A stretch of DNA of 62,098 bases, filler included, from Choristocarpus tenellus KU-1152 (taxonomy: Eukaryota; Protista; Phaeophyceae): assembly GCA_964200185.2 (NCBI GenBank). It is 11 parts of 11 records of this genome, joined end to end, with 100 filler letters (N's around TTAATTAATTAA, not from the genome) between each part and the next. Parts side by side here need not be neighbours in the genome. Positions count along the whole stretch, not along the records: positions 33,133 to 37,353 come from CAXNAD020015617.1; positions 37,454 to 40,751 come from CAXNAD020020954.1; positions 40,852 to 45,414 come from CAXNAD020014001.1; positions 45,515 to 50,556 come from CAXNAD020012068.1; 7 more parts are not named here. One strand, given 5' to 3'. This document shows positions 36,526-50,302 of the stretch, one piece after another. A model generated the notes under the pieces. It was given only the letters and a program-made list of their open reading frames with translations, was not told the origin of the DNA and ran no database searches. Each line of letters opens with the position of its first letter. Position 1 is the first letter of the stretch. A program made the position numbers and the translations under genes.

Positions 36526-36669
36526 CTGTGCAGCAGTAAGTCGTTTCACCCTCCTGGAGACCGGGGATTTTGTTTGTACAAATTTCCCAACTATCATCAT
36601 TTTCCCCCCGAAAATCTGATCCAAACTTGAACACCTGAGGGGGCATTGATGCAGGGGGAGGAAGGTTTG
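36526..36669 (-). CDS. Upstream exon of the FN3 protein (NLPPPASMPPQVFKFGSDFRGENDDSWEICTNKIPGLQEGETTYCCT)
   Basis: cgacag| acceptor and G|gtaatt donor. The phase-1 join to 35423 gives the canonical FN3 strand TTYCCTGLMPGTHYQFRLR. This frame is absent from the ORF track. Confidence 0.7.
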
Positions 36670-37353
36670 CTGTCGGGGTCGGATGTGGAAAAAATGGGGT
36701 GTGTCCACTTTTCTGCTTGGGCTATGTATGTGTGAAATGGAAAGTGAAGAGGCAGGAGGAACAGACCAGCATCGCACATGAGCTTGGGCGAAGGGGGGAC
36801 AAGGGTATCCAATGTAGTCAAGGTATCACTTGGGAATCCTGAAGTATACAGCATTCTTGAGTCAGTTTATGACTGAGGGATGTTTTGTTAGCTGTAGAAA
36901 CTGTATTTCAGTCGTGCTCTTTCCTGGCAATGTCCATCTGGTTTGGTACCAGTGCACAGACCTCTCCCTCAATCAGGATTGATGAAAGGGAAGGTGGGAT
37001 TTGTTAGGGAGATGGTCGGGTTTTGTGCAGAGGGACAAAAGAGTGAAGTCCTACCACCAGGTAGAGCCGGACTCACTTCACACAAGCTCACTTTAAAAGT
37101 TAAGGGTTAACCCCTCGAGAGCCTTGGCCCCTCTTTGCCTCGGTGGAGACAAATCTGTGCAGCCACGTAAAGTTGTAACTGCCTTACACATGCAACAGCA
37201 CTGTCTATTCTCTTTTTTTTTATCCGTTAATGTCGCAACCATGACATGCCTCCAAACACGAACAAGGAACGTTAGCTCAAGAATGCACCCGGGAGCCCAC
37301 ATGAACCTACACACCCTGCGGGACAGTTCCCAGAGTGCAACATTCCCCTCTGG

Positions 37354-37453
37354 NNNNNNNNNNNNNNNNNNNNNNNNNNNNNNNNNNNNNNNNNNNNTTA
37401 ATTAATTAANNNNNNNNNNNNNNNNNNNNNNNNNNNNNNNNNNNNNNNNNNNN
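37354..37453. other. Artificial contig linker
   Basis: N44-TTAATTAATTAA-N44. Confidence 0.98.
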
Positions 37454-39501
37454 CCCCCCCCCCCCCCAGATACGTTGACCCTGATTTATTTACTCCTCAT
37501 TTATAAATCACATTCAACTATTGTTTTATAGAGCTCTATCCTTTTGCAGTTAAGAATAGAGTTTGCGACTCACTTTGTGAGTGGTGGTTGAGGGCTGGAG
37601 AGGGGTCAATGGATAGGGGACTACGAACATGTGACTATATCAAGAAGTAGGTTTCATACAACTGTGCTTCAACTAAAGGCACCTGATGGATGGATCAGGC
37701 AGGGTCTACAAGGTCTTTTAATTCTCCCCTGGTTCGAAGACCATGAGCCATCATCATGGCATTAAAATAGTCTAGGTATAATGAGAAAAAGTAGTAGAAG
37801 AATGAGGGTATCTCAAGCTTTCAAGCTTCGGTACAATTACGCTGATATTGTAACAACATGATTTAGAAAAATTCGGTGCAGGTTGTGCCATCTCCTCTGA
37901 CAACCAAACTATGTCATTGAACATAGACATAATAATAATGATGATGAAATTCTGTCTAGGCAATAGGAATCCCTGTCATTGGGGCCCGGTTGGAAGTTCC
38001 ACATCATTGGCAGTCCTTCATGATCACAAGGGGGCAGGCTCGTTAATGACATAACAAGGTACGAAAAATCTATTGCTAAGAATGACCTTTGAATTATTCC
38101 CTATTCCCCTGGCACCAACTTAGTCCTATCTAGGAAATGAAACCAATTCCCAACCACAGATGTGCTCCAAATAGGTTTGTCCATGCAAGCCTCTTTCATT
38201 CCTCTCTCTTTTCCTGCAGCCTTTTCTGGATTCAAACGTAGAACAATCCTGCTGCTGAGTCTTGAAGGTTGTGTGGATGGATGTGGGTTTTGAGCTGCTG
38301 ATAACGGAGGCAGGGAAAGGTATATACCTGCTCTACGATTCATACAGTAAACAGCACTAGGTAGCAGCTATTTTGACGTCGGAGACACTTACTTGTAGGA
38401 TAGGTGCGCACAAGTGCACATTGTGGATGTGTTCTAACAAAAGGCAGCATTTTGAAAGATAGTGGCCCAAATTTCCATCATGTGAGACAAAAAAAAAATC
38501 GATCTCAATAGCACTAAAACTACACAGGTCAGTACTAAAATAGATTGGGTCAATGTGTTGATGGTCTATTCGTCATACAGTCTGAATAAGCATGCCTCTT
38601 AGCAGACGATCACCTGGCAATCTTCTACACATACAACACAGAAGGATCGACGATATAACATTATGCCACTCCCTCATACACTGTGTCCCATTGCTCGATT
38701 CAAGTAAGAGGGCTCCACGTTTTAGGTTCTACTTTGTAAGTATTCAACTTTGCCTTCCAGTGAATGACTAGCCAAAGAGGCACAGAGTACATTACCAAGA
38801 GAGGCACCGTAGTGAGTGCATGGAGCTGTATTGAAGGAGGGTATTGAAGATTGGACTTAATACATTAACAAGTAACCTCTTCACAATTATTGCAAGCCCG
38901 ACATGACCAGGTTTCGAGGTGAAGTCCAGTTTGTGTGAGCGATGTTGTTGTGTTAACACAAAACAAAAACCCTAAAATGCGAAGACAGCCCCTTAAATTA
39001 GTTTGTGAAGCTTAACCCACAGTTGAATGATTGCAAAGATATATCACAATCCCTCACAAGCATGTATCTTAATTTGTTGCCATGAGTGCACCCTGATGCC
39101 ATCGTCTGTCAGGGGGAATGAGAAGGAACATGTACCGCATAATAACTACCAGTATCACATCCACTATGTATCATCATCTCTGCAGACTGGGCAAGACAAG
39201 TTATTTTTGATGCGATGTGGTGTGATCTGCGTGGTATGGCTGTTCTCTCTATATGTGGGATGAATGGAATGTACCAACTGATCAAAACAAGAAAGGTAAG
39301 GAAAGATCACTTTCAATGCACATGTTGTTAGTATAACAGAGCTTGTTTTAAATACTCCGTATATTGTAAAGTGATGCGATTTTCAGGTGATACCTAAGGT
39401 TAATGTGATGCCCGTTGTGCTCAAAGAACAAGCAGCACTTCAATGGCACTCACTGTGTTAACGGAATGTTTTGTGGATATGCATCGAACAAGACATTGAA
39501 T

Positions 39502-39759
39502 GAGTCAATTATCTTAGAAGGTAGAGCCACCTCCGTTTGGGGGCCAAAATCTTATGTTGCGATTTTGACGCAATTTTGACTATCGTGTTTGTTACGAAGT
39601 GTCAATATCCTTGTCGCGGACACAGATTTTAATAACGTACACATTTTACCTACTCTTAAACATTTCGGAGTAGTGAAAATGTCATTAAAAAAACGTGGGA
39701 AGCCAAGCCCCAAACGGACAAACATGCCAATACTCGTACCCTTTGAGATACTTTCACTT
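39502..39759 (+). mobile_element. MITE family A
   Basis: gagtcaattatcttagaaggta ... tacccttTgagatactttcactt, flanked by AAT on both sides. Confidence 0.85.
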
Positions 39760-39989
39760 AATACCACAAGATGAGTAGAGGATGACATGATTGATACCAA
39801 GGAAAGCTATTTATACGTATAGGTCGTCATCATGGGTGGTGTGTGGCCTACTACCACTCATATCCAACATTAAAGTACGACAGTAGATTGAGTGGCTGCA
39901 TGAAGAATGGAAAAACAAGGAAAGAATAGGACGATAATTATTGTATTTTATATTACGCAATTATCTTGTCTCGACAACATCATATTCAG

Positions 39990-40455
39990 AGAAGCGTCTG
40001 CCAGATTTGTCTGCATGTACCCTGATGTGGTGCAGAAATGTGAATCTTCTTTTCGGGACAAGGAAAGGCTATTCGTCGCCCAACAGGGAGAGTTGGAGAT
40101 GTCGTCTCTCTACTTTGACAGGCATATTCACGAAGACATCCTTCAGTATTGGGACAACTTCTACCTCCCTCAGTGCGGGGATCTTCCCGACTATTCGGAG
40201 CATAAGAGTCTACCACCTCCTCTACAGCAGACAAGAACGGCTTGGAGGATCACTGCGAAACAGATGGAAACAGGCAGACAAGTTCTTCAGACTGAAGGGG
40301 AGTGGGAAGACCCACAGGAGGAAGGGAATGGAGAGAGCAAGGCAGGAGGGAGAGCAATCCCTCAGAACGTCACTCAAGGAAGAGTGAACAGGCAAAGAGT
40401 GAATGAGGAGACTTTGCAAGGTCCCCTCAAACCACCCGCCATTTACTTAAAGTAG
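39990..40455 (+). CDS. Probable terminal exon of a hypothetical protein
   Basis: atattcag| acceptor, then ~155 open codons (EASARFVCMYPDVVQKCE...DILQYWDNFYLPQC...) ending in TAG. Confidence 0.5.
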
Positions 40456-40548
40456 ATGTTAACTTCAACATGCAAAATCAGATGTCATTTGAGCAACAGA
40501 CCTTCAAGTACATCTTCTCAAGGTACTTCACCTTAAAGGTATACCTTA

Positions 40549-40725
40549 AACCCAAAGTATCTGGGGGAGGTGGGGGGGTCTACACCAGGGTGTCCATTTG
40601 GGTCATGACCAGGAAAAGTGCACTTACATTATCCATCCGACATATGCAACTAAATCACACAAACATCACGACACGAAAAAATTGACACGAAATGGACAGC
40701 CGCCCCCCCCTAGATATTTTGCGCC
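40549..40725 (+). mobile_element. G-rich MITE family B, complete copy
   Basis: TIRs aacccaaagtatctggggg / ccccctagatattttgcgcc, with TTA on both flanks. Confidence 0.8.
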
Positions 40726-40751
40726 TTAGTTGGAAGATGGCTGTTACACCC

Positions 40752-40851
40752 NNNNNNNNNNNNNNNNNNNNNNNNNNNNNNNNNNNNNNNNNNNNTTAAT
40801 TAATTAANNNNNNNNNNNNNNNNNNNNNNNNNNNNNNNNNNNNNNNNNNNN
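40752..40851. other. Artificial contig linker
   Basis: N44-TTAATTAATTAA-N44. Confidence 0.98.
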
Positions 40852-42814
40852 ACGTGGGGGAGGGAGTTGAGAATATGAACCAGGCGCGAAAGAAAAAAAG
40901 TCAAGAAAAAAAAAAATGAGATCGGACCGGGATCCAGGATTGGCAGGCGTGTGTGACCGACATCATACAATACGCAAACCCTTTCGCCTAAAAGATCGAG
41001 TGGCGGATGTGTCGAGTCAGTCCCGTTGGGCTGAGGGGAGGTTTGCCTTGCATTCAATCTGCGAAGAACCCTACCTACCCCCTCCACCGTATTGATATTC
41101 CTTCCTACTGTACTTTTTATAGTTCTTATTCTTGGCATGACTCAATGAAAAAAGGAGTGAACGAGTGAGTGAGTGAGTGAGAGTGCGTCTTCTTGCGTGG
41201 GGGGCATCCAATTGATGGGGGAATGCGTTGTGTCAGAGAGAGGAACAAGGATGCAAGAAAAGGAAACACAACAAACTAGGGTACGACTGGAGGCAGTGCA
41301 TACAAGGAATGCATGATGAATGAAGGGTACATGGCGTTACAGTCGATTGGGAGAGGGGGAGGGCAAAAGAAACGACCGGGTGGGTGACCACAAAGTCCAC
41401 GATGAAGTTGACTACAGCTAGATTCTTTTAACATATCAAGGAGTACTCTCTCTCTCTCTCTGTGTGTGCTCAAGTGTCCCAACCAGAGCAGGTAAGTACC
41501 ATGGGGATGTAGCAGCAAGACGGTCTCGTCGGTGTTGAAAAAATTAACGAACAAGAAGACGTGTTTTGTACTTGTACAGATAATGTGTTGAAAAAAGAGT
41601 CATGCTCGGAAAAAGAAGAAAAGGTTCAGCAATGTGCGTCCAAACAATCAATGAAATAGAAAACACTCACCACCCTGACAGGTGGTTGTCGTCCCTGGGC
41701 AGCATTGGCCTCGCACACTCTTAAAGAAGCAGTCTGAAGATTAATCAACAAAGGTATCAGTTAGATTGGGGTGGGGGGGGGGGTGGGGGGAGCGAGTTGT
41801 TAGGTAAAATTGTGTTGGGGTGTTTCCTATATTATCAATGCGGGAGGGAGATCTCAGTGATGTAGTAGTCAAATTGCTAGTGAAGTGCAGTACATAGCAG
41901 TGAAAAAAAAAAATCAAACAGAGCTGAAGGGATTTCTGAAATCTAGAAGAAAGAAACAAACCATGCAGCTTACCATTTAACGTACTTCCGACCACTTGAT
42001 GGTTCATACCGACACTATTCATATCAATAAATCAAATTCATGGCGTGCGTTGAACTATTGCATACTAAAAACCAGCAATAGCAACAACAGTGAAAGGACC
42101 GAGGGGTAGGAGACACGACATGGGATTCAAAATTTCCGCCAATAGCCTACCTTTGCCTACTGCTCTTGTCCAATATGATTGGCTTTGCCACTGAAACTTC
42201 AACTTGGCCCCATACCCCCACAATCTTCCAGGCGTCTCGTACCTCACAAAAAAAAAAAAACTCGACATGGTACAATCCTTCCCAATAACCTGTAGTACTA
42301 CTATGTAATATCCATAGTAGTCCGGCTACTACTCGGAGATGTGAAGATTATAAACCCCTCAACCGAAAACTGCGCTAATACTGTAGGCCAGTACCAGTCC
42401 CGGGGCGGTTCCTTCTGACAAGCGATAGGTTGTACAGGGCCTTTCCTAGTCATGTCTGTCATACACATTGGGAACAGCTCCACAGAAAGCAGCAAGCCTA
42501 GAACTCAAACTGAGCAGGGCGATCGATATTCAGACTGATCTTGAGACCTGAACGGTTCACCTAAAAGTCCTGGAACGGTTCTGAGCCTAACCTGGACTAC
42601 ATTGTACCCAACCTAGCGCCAACATCGGAACCTGAAACCTGAACCGAGACTGGCGAAAAAACGTTATTAATCCAGATAGTACTAACATCACCAGGGGGCA
42701 GTCGAAAGGTCTTGCCAACAGATTACCCCGTGATTTTGGGAGAAAAATATGGCGGGCAATCAAAGAGTCAAGCACTAAACACCACTCAAAAACAAAAATG
42801 GACCTCCCTCTCAC

Positions 42815-43037
42815 CATAATATCCTTTCCCATGCCCAAGGCGATTGCACTGATCATCAAAGGCACAGCCGGGGGTCACAACCAGGTCCATAGTGCCCGTT
42901 GAAGTTCCATCCTCTCTGGACATGACCAGTTCCACCGAAGGTTCCGGAATGTTCCACTTGGTGAGGGGGAATGAAGAAACCTCTTCTTCTGAAGTGAGCG
43001 GGAACATGCGCATGTCCCACGGATTTGGTCCCACGAT
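42815..43037 (-). CDS. MTHFS: 5-formyltetrahydrofolate cyclo-ligase, exon 2
   Basis: KWNIPEP...MDLVVTPGCAFDDQCNRLGHGKGYY is the family signature. ggtag| acceptor and G|gtgaga donor. Confidence 0.93.
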
Positions 43038-44122
43038 CTACCGGGACAGAGGGGAATGTGCAGGTGCTATCAGTGGGAGGAGAGGTTAAGACTACGGAAA
43101 GTCGGGAAGTTGGAAATGCAGCTGAAGAAGGGAGCAATTACTGCTGACAATGATAACGCCAAAGCTAGGAATCCGTAGTCTTCAGTGTGGCAGGGGGGTT
43201 AGGGCGAAAGGGAAGGAAGGGGGTGGTGGCTGTGTTGGACACAGAAACGAGATGTGCAGAGTGCATGAGCTGTATTTATAGTATGAAAAGGTCATTTTTC
43301 GTGTCTACAGTTTGCAGAGGGAGTTGCAATGTGTACAAGGCGGCCTGGGCTGCCAGGAGGAGATTATCTTAGTTGGGCGTGACCTAGGTAGGATTCAGCA
43401 AACGTAGAAATATAGTCCTTATAGATGGAGTGACAACTAATATTGTCATACTATGGCATACCGATCGTATCTACAGAACAGATAAGTTAGTTGCAGCTAT
43501 TCCCATAAGATACATTGCATGCGTTGGGCAGAAAATATTTACGTGCATTGCCTAACACCCATTTCTAATTACCGCCGAAAGTTGACAGCTACGCCCGAGT
43601 GCATGTGCTTTACAACTTCCTGGAAAATCATCACTGGGTCGAGATTCAATAGACTCTAGGTATCAGAAGCAATAGCAATAAAAAACTGACGATGCATACA
43701 TCCTCCTGCTGCACAGCACAATAGTCTCCTGGCACTCGCAAGTCGGTCACTTGTCGTCAGGGTCGTCATCCGTTCCCACAAATGTCAAATCTAGATGATT
43801 GTGGTGGCACAATAGCACTTGCTGAGACAGGTTGCAGCATGTCAATGATTGCCTCGGTGTTCACAGCTTCAACTCTGCGACACCACAGTGTCACTGATGT
43901 GCAAGAACCACTGCTGTGGCATTTTCAGTACTAGTCTCTTGAATCTTACCCCCTTTTGTTGGGTACCAATCAACCTAGGCCTGCCATGTGATAGGCCACT
44001 GACACTTTTGATAACGAAATATACGGGGGAGATATGTGGTCACAAAAATCCACCAATATCAAAATGAGCTTCAATCACCATCACCAAAGAGAGCTTATAC
44101 GATACTGCTACAGGAACCACAC

Positions 44123-44623
44123 CTTTGGGATATATACTTTCTTGCCCTGTAAGAAAAGCTCGCGGAGGATATCCTGAGTCTGGACCTCTTTTGGCATCGA
44201 CAGGTAGATGCTCACCACACTGCTGTCTCGGAATTGAGAAATTCCCACCAGGCGTTGTGTGAGTGCCGCTGAGGACGAGACGACCTCGTCTTTCCCCATC
44301 GCCTTTAGCACACCTTTCACTCGCTTGCGAATGGCAGCCTTCTCCTCACGGCAAGATGCAAGTGGTTTCTCTACCACACCCAACTCCTTTCCCTGGTCAT
44401 CACTCTGACCCTGACCCTTATGGTGGACATCGGGGTTCATTCCGGATGATGCAGAAGTACTAACACTGCGATGGGCAACTAGGAGTGACCAACGCAACGA
44501 CGCTGTAGGCACACACTTCGAGTGGTGTGCCTTCTTCAGAAAGGCCAAAGGGGAAGAAAATCGTACCGCAGGCCTCGTAGAGTAAGCTAAACACAAAGAT
44601 GCCTTAGGTGCAATAAACTGCAT
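44123..44623 (-). CDS. MTHFS: 5-formyltetrahydrofolate cyclo-ligase, exon 1, with N-terminal extension
   Basis: EKAAIRKRVK...VSIYLSMPKEVQTQDILRELFLQGKKVYIPK. Donor AAG|gtgtgg is in phase with exon 2. ATG at 44623. Confidence 0.9.
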
Positions 44624-45414
44624 CAATCCTCTGCCACAGTGCTGTGCAAAAGCTAGAGTTGTGAACAGCAAGACGTAGTTGATGTTGAGTTCAAATTGTT
44701 AAAGGTTTTTGTGTTGGTGAGAGAGAAAAAATCGGAAGGGTAAAATGAAGGTAGGTTGGAGGTTGGGAACATCAATGTAGAATATTAAATTGGAGGGTCA
44801 AATAACTAGATATACTAAGGGTTATTGGAGTACTTGTACCAGAAGGAAATTGAGTGGAGTTAAGAACCGTTCGTTTAACCCAGACGTGGATCTCGCCAAG
44901 AACGGGAAAGGGACGTCCCCTGGAACACTTCTTGTGGTGTTGCCTCTGCAGGATCACTTTGCAGCATCAGTGAAGGCGTTGATGAAAGCATTGGGGTATT
45001 ACTCGATGGGGGAGGGAGGACAACAAAGAGTGGAGGCAGTAAGCAATGAAGGCATTCAAATAATTCGGCAGCCGTTTGGCTTCCTTTTTTGGCAAGTGCA
45101 GGGAACACTTGGTAGGTGTCGGGGAGATAGACAGTCGCCAAACATGTAACTATTGACACGATTTCGAGGGGTACTCCATAACTTTAGGGACGATGACTGA
45201 CATGCTGCCACCATTCTCCTCAGAAGGTCCAGTAACAGACATGGAGCAAGTATCTGTATTGTCACTGCCTGAGTTGGGTGCTTTGTTCCGCCTATTCGAC
45301 CCAATGAAAGGGATACCCTTCCAGTTGAGGTCGGTGGTAGCCCCCTATAGATATGACGGAGGGGGTTTGGGGAGGTTGAGGTGGTACGAGAGGAAAAAAT
45401 GTCAAGGACGGGGG

Positions 45415-45514
45415 NNNNNNNNNNNNNNNNNNNNNNNNNNNNNNNNNNNNNNNNNNNNTTAATTAATTAANNNNNNNNNNNNNNNNNNNNNNNNNNNNNN
45501 NNNNNNNNNNNNNN
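45415..45514. other. Artificial contig linker
   Basis: N44-TTAATTAATTAA-N44. Confidence 0.98.
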
Positions 45515-46070
45515 GGCTGATATCCAGAAACAGACCACCAATGTCGAACGTGTTTACGAGTGATTGCTACTATAATTTATTATTTATGGTGTATGGTATA
45601 TCTTCCCTCTCTCCTCTTTGTCTGGCACTCAAATCTTTGCAAGACTGAAATAACACCAATACCTCACTCAAAAAATATATGTTGACATCTTTAAGAGGAA
45701 GAGAGGCATTCTATTAAAAAAATTAATGGGCAAATTGGGCTGTTGAAGGTTTTAATGAATCGCTCTTTTCTTGGATACACAGGAGAAAAAAAGAACAAAC
45801 TCTGTTCAATTAATACCTTGAAAATGCTTGTCTACAATCACATTTTTTCGTATAAAAAAAATAAATATATATATATATATATGTTTCTGTAGCAATTAGT
45901 AGCTTGCAGTAGAACATGTTTTCAATCAATGATTCAAAAAGGGTATAATAAACAGCTCTTTAAAAAAAAAAAACATAAAAAAAATCAACATAAAAAAATA
46001 TATATTAAGGATGACATCATCCCCAACGAATTGAAGCATAACATATCATTTCAACAGCAGCGTGAGTCAC

Positions 46071-46217
46071 AATACCATAATTAAATACCATAATTAAATA
46101 CCATAATTAAATACCATAATTAAATATCATAATTAAATACCATAATTAAATACCATAATTAAATACCATAATTAAATATCATAATTAAATATCATAATTA
46201 AATATCATAATTAAATA
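46071..46217. repeat. 13-bp tandem repeat (AATAYCATAATTA) x ~11
   Basis: Directly visible. Confidence 0.95.
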
Positions 46218-46984
46218 TTTGCATAAACAATCTAACACTGTTCGCACCTCCACCTGGACCCAAGACTATGAGTGATTCAATATTGATCCAAGAATAATAA
46301 GAGATGTAGAATGTTATATACGTTTTGATGCTAAAAAAAAGACAACCCAACAAAAAAAAAAAAATTCAAGGCATTCATGGAACAAGACAAAATGCTATTC
46401 TTAAACATATTTTTTTTGTTCCTTTTCTTACTATAATCTTTCCTTGTGGGGTATCTCTTCACGGAGATCATTCCTTTATTATTATTAAAATTACGCAAGC
46501 AGGCAGTTGCTGAATTTTATAAGTTTATTATACCTCCCCATAATAAATATAAAGTTATCTGATTAGATGCAGTGCAGTCCTGAACAAGATTACAAAATTT
46601 CTAAGTTTATATCATAATCAAATAAATAAATAAATAAATAATCATAAAATTCCTTGTGATTGTTACTACCCACAAATATGACTCGTATATAGGGCGTGTT
46701 CTAGCTGGTAGAATTGAGACAGGTACTGCTAAAAGTAATGTCTATAAAAGTTAAAAATAATGTCTATAAAAGTTATGGACCGTGGTGGTGGGTGTATTGT
46801 TGAAAGTGGATGCATTATAAAAATGTGAACATTTAAAGGTCTCTTCTAAAGACTAGCGGTTGATTCAATGGGGTCGCTGAAGAAGTCCCTGCATTGGCTA
46901 TAGTCCAAACGTCTTGGAACTGGAAATTTCTACTGGTGGAAGCTCTGAACAAGGAAAATTCTCTGTGAAGGATTTGAGGGGTGT

Positions 46985-47870
46985 GAAGTTCTGTATGGGA
47001 TGGTTGTATTACACGGGATGGTAGATAGTATGGGACACTCAAGACTGATCAGCAAGTCTACGTGGAAGGGTTGGTGGAATGGTTTGAGATCGTCAAAGAA
47101 TATGATCTGCCTGGATCTAAAGACCAGGAATCTGTCTGAGAAGGATTCTTGTGTGAAATTGGACCCATCCACTCCATACAGGGAAGCAGTGGGGTCATAA
47201 ATCTGATTAGTGGCCATGACCAGGCCTGATATTGCCAATGCGATAATGACTGTGGTCAGATTTAGTTGCAACACAGGGCAGAGGCATTGGGAAGCTGTTA
47301 AACAGATTTTGGTGTATGTGAGTCACACAAGGGGGACTGACATCGCGCATATGATGGAAACCTGGAAAACGGACTGGAGGTGTTTGCTGATGTGGATTAC
47401 ACATCTGATCTGGATCAGTGGAGGTCTGTATCCGGGGGATTGATTGCCATGGGAGGTGTGGCATTATCATGGTTTTCTAGGATGCAGAAGGCGGTGCCTC
47501 TGTCTATGACTTAAGCTGAGTATGTGACTTTGAGTGACACAGCTAAGGAAGTACTCTTCTTGAGACACATATTGGAATTTGTATACCTGGAGGGGACTAC
47601 TAGTTGCAACTTTATGCATGGGGATAATGAGGGTGCAGTGAAGCTGTCTGGAAACCCAATCAATGTATTTCGGACGAAGTACATTGATGTACATCACCAA
47701 TGTCATCATTTATCATCATTTCCTTAGGGTTAAGTACATTGATGTACGTCACCAATGTCATCATTTATCATCATTTCCTTAGGGTTAGGGTCAAGATCAT
47801 AGAAGTTGTGCATGTGGGATCTGAGGAGTACGATGCAGATTTTCTCACCAAGCCTCCCAATCACGGTAAT
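46985..47870 (+). mobile_element. Ty1/Copia RT-RNase H remnant
   Basis: PYREAVGS, TRPDIANA, HWEAVKQIL, ALSWFSRMQKAV, AEYVTLS, GDNEGA, RTKYIDV, ADFLTKP. Contains stops, frameshifts and a ~55-bp tandem duplication at 47677-47786. Confidence 0.92.
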
Positions 47871-48313
47871 TTCATGTATGAAATGTGTATCACATGAGTG
47901 CTGTAATGAACTTCTGATGATTTGAATTTTCAGGATTTGTAGTGTAGCTAGGGTAAACCTCGGATCAATGTTGAATTGTAAGAGAACATTGTGAGGGCAC
48001 AGTAGGACAGGGGGATACTTTGAATAACTGTACACACGAAATTTTGTTACTAGTACACAAAAATAATTAATAATGTACCTAGTAAGATAATGTGTGTAAT
48101 ACAGTAGATTAGTGATGGATCAGAGAATCGGAGTATGGTGATGTTGAAGAAACAATTTAGGAAATGTTAGTATGTGTGATCTTCCAGAAGAGTTTCTATC
48201 GGTGATACACTGAATTACATGAAAGGCGCAATTGTGGGGACTAGGAACTACACCCCCCTTATGGATAGGTCTCACTCTTCACTGTAACTTCATAAAGCAC
48301 ACTCTACATCCTC

Positions 48314-48443
48314 ATCTTCTTGGTAAAGCACCACATTCTGTTCTTAGGCAGAGTATCATCTTCTTGGTAAAGCACCACATTCTGTTCTTAGGCAGAGTAT
48401 CATCTTCTTGGTAAAGCACCACGTTCTGTTCTTTAGGTAGAGT
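48314..48443. repeat. 44-bp tandem repeat x3
   Basis: catcttcttggtaaagcaccacattctgttcttaggcagagtat repeated. Confidence 0.92.
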
Positions 48444-49260
48444 GCGAACAAGGACCAACAAAATGTAACTGCCAATAAAAAGTATGAAGTTAACGACACA
48501 TTCTACTAATAACTAATAACTTGAAGCACTGCGTTAACTACGTGCTTGACCAAAAACATCCAAAAACATCCAAAAACGTCCAAAAACATCTTTAAAAAGT
48601 TTAAAAAAATAAAGCAGCTCAACATTTTTTCTATTTTTCACACGCTTGATAAACATTGAAACAAGCATGTAACACACAAAGCCAAGTACACGGAGTGCCA
48701 TGAATCGTGAGAAAACTACGATGGAACACGCCTTGGGGGCTAGGGGTAGGGTTAAGGTTAAGGTTAAGTTAAAAAAAAAAAATAACCAAGGAAATCTGTC
48801 CCCTCGATTTTTGATGGCGATCACCTTTGATTATACTTGAAAGACGATAGCGACTCAATCGCTACAGTTCACAAAACAAAGTTAACTAGTCTTTTCAAAA
48901 TACCACCATACCACCAATATCCACATCTACCTTGAACTGTAAATACAATTAAAAAAAATGTAGGTTGATTTGCTCGATTGAAGTACAGCATACGATAAAA
49001 TAAAAAGTAACCACAACATTAAAAAAGAAATACAATGTGCTACATCTCTTATCGGAGTGCAATACAGCGCGCTTCAAAGTAATTCAGTGTGAAACCGCCA
49101 TTGCACCACTCACTGCTGGTGGAGAGACAATACAGTAACTACATGACTATTATTAATGACACTCTACCCCTATTCAACCGTGAGTACGTACTTCTATCCA
49201 GTCTCCTGCTCACACTACGGTGCATGGTCTGAAAGTACAAACAGAAAATGGAAGGCGTAC

Positions 49261-49373
49261 CTGTGGTCCTAGCGGCAGTCCCTTCGGCAGCCCCCAGGTC
49301 TGCCTCAGCCTTGATCATTTCCTTACAGAGGGTGCCATAGGTGGTGAGGACTACATCATACTGACACAAGTCC
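49261..49373 (-). CDS. SNF2-family helicase (RAD5/RAD16-like) exon
   Basis: DLCQYDVVLTTYGTL motif. attag| acceptor and G|gtacgc donor, phase-compatible with the 50303 exon. Confidence 0.85.
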
Positions 49374-50302
49374 CTAATTGACCTTTTTGTTTAAAGTGGT
49401 CCAAGAGCACAAAGCAGACACAACAGTAAGAATGAGACAAAAACATATATAGAGAATATCTAGTTCCTTGGTATTTCAGAGTGGTTTAACACCACAGGCA
49501 AAGACACAGACACCATGAAATTCAATCTACGGAGTCCAGCTGTGGTGAGTAGTAACAAAGCGGAAGTCAATCCCCCCCACCACCACCACATGCTGCCCGG
49601 TCACCAGCAAGGGAACATGCTTCCTGTCTTCCCATAATCAGTAGCAGTTGCCCCCCCTACCTCCCCCTTAACGGTTCCTATAAAACAGAAGACATAAGTG
49701 AAGATGTGAAGGAGTACTTGTGGTTGTACATTATGGTACTTTGAAGAAGGCACACCATCATCTCTCTTGTTAATAGAACCAAAGAAATACGTATACATAT
49801 CCTGGATTACATAAATAGTTCCTTTGAGTACAGCTTAGTCCATTGCCATTTGGTACTGCAATATGCAGTACAGCTTCACCGGGTACTACCAACACAACTA
49901 CTTCCAAGTATCATGTACTATTAATACTCTGTTCTCAATAGTATCGCACAGAGGTTTCTCAAGCATGTTCAGTACGATAGACAGCAATGTAAGCATATTC
50001 ACACTACAGTGCTAGGAATACAATATCTCTAACAAAACCAACTTGCTACTCGCTTGTGATTGCTCGCAGAATTAATGTCTCATATGAGAGACAGACCAAA
50101 GAGCTACCTTGCTCAGTACAAACTGCAAGGATAGGCAAGTCAACCCTAAACGTCACTGCATGAAATTCATTGCCATCTAACTTCTTCACCAAGAAAAACA
50201 GGTCTACACAACCCACCAACACACCACTACTAAGTACTACCACACCAGTACAACACCATCTGTTCCACCCTTGAACTCAAGCATTACATCACCCTTCTGT
50301 AC

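Noticed and set aside
44875-45304. DIRS-like RT fragment (KPNGCRII)
   Set aside because: It is a single short motif with no YxDD or other RT blocks nearby.
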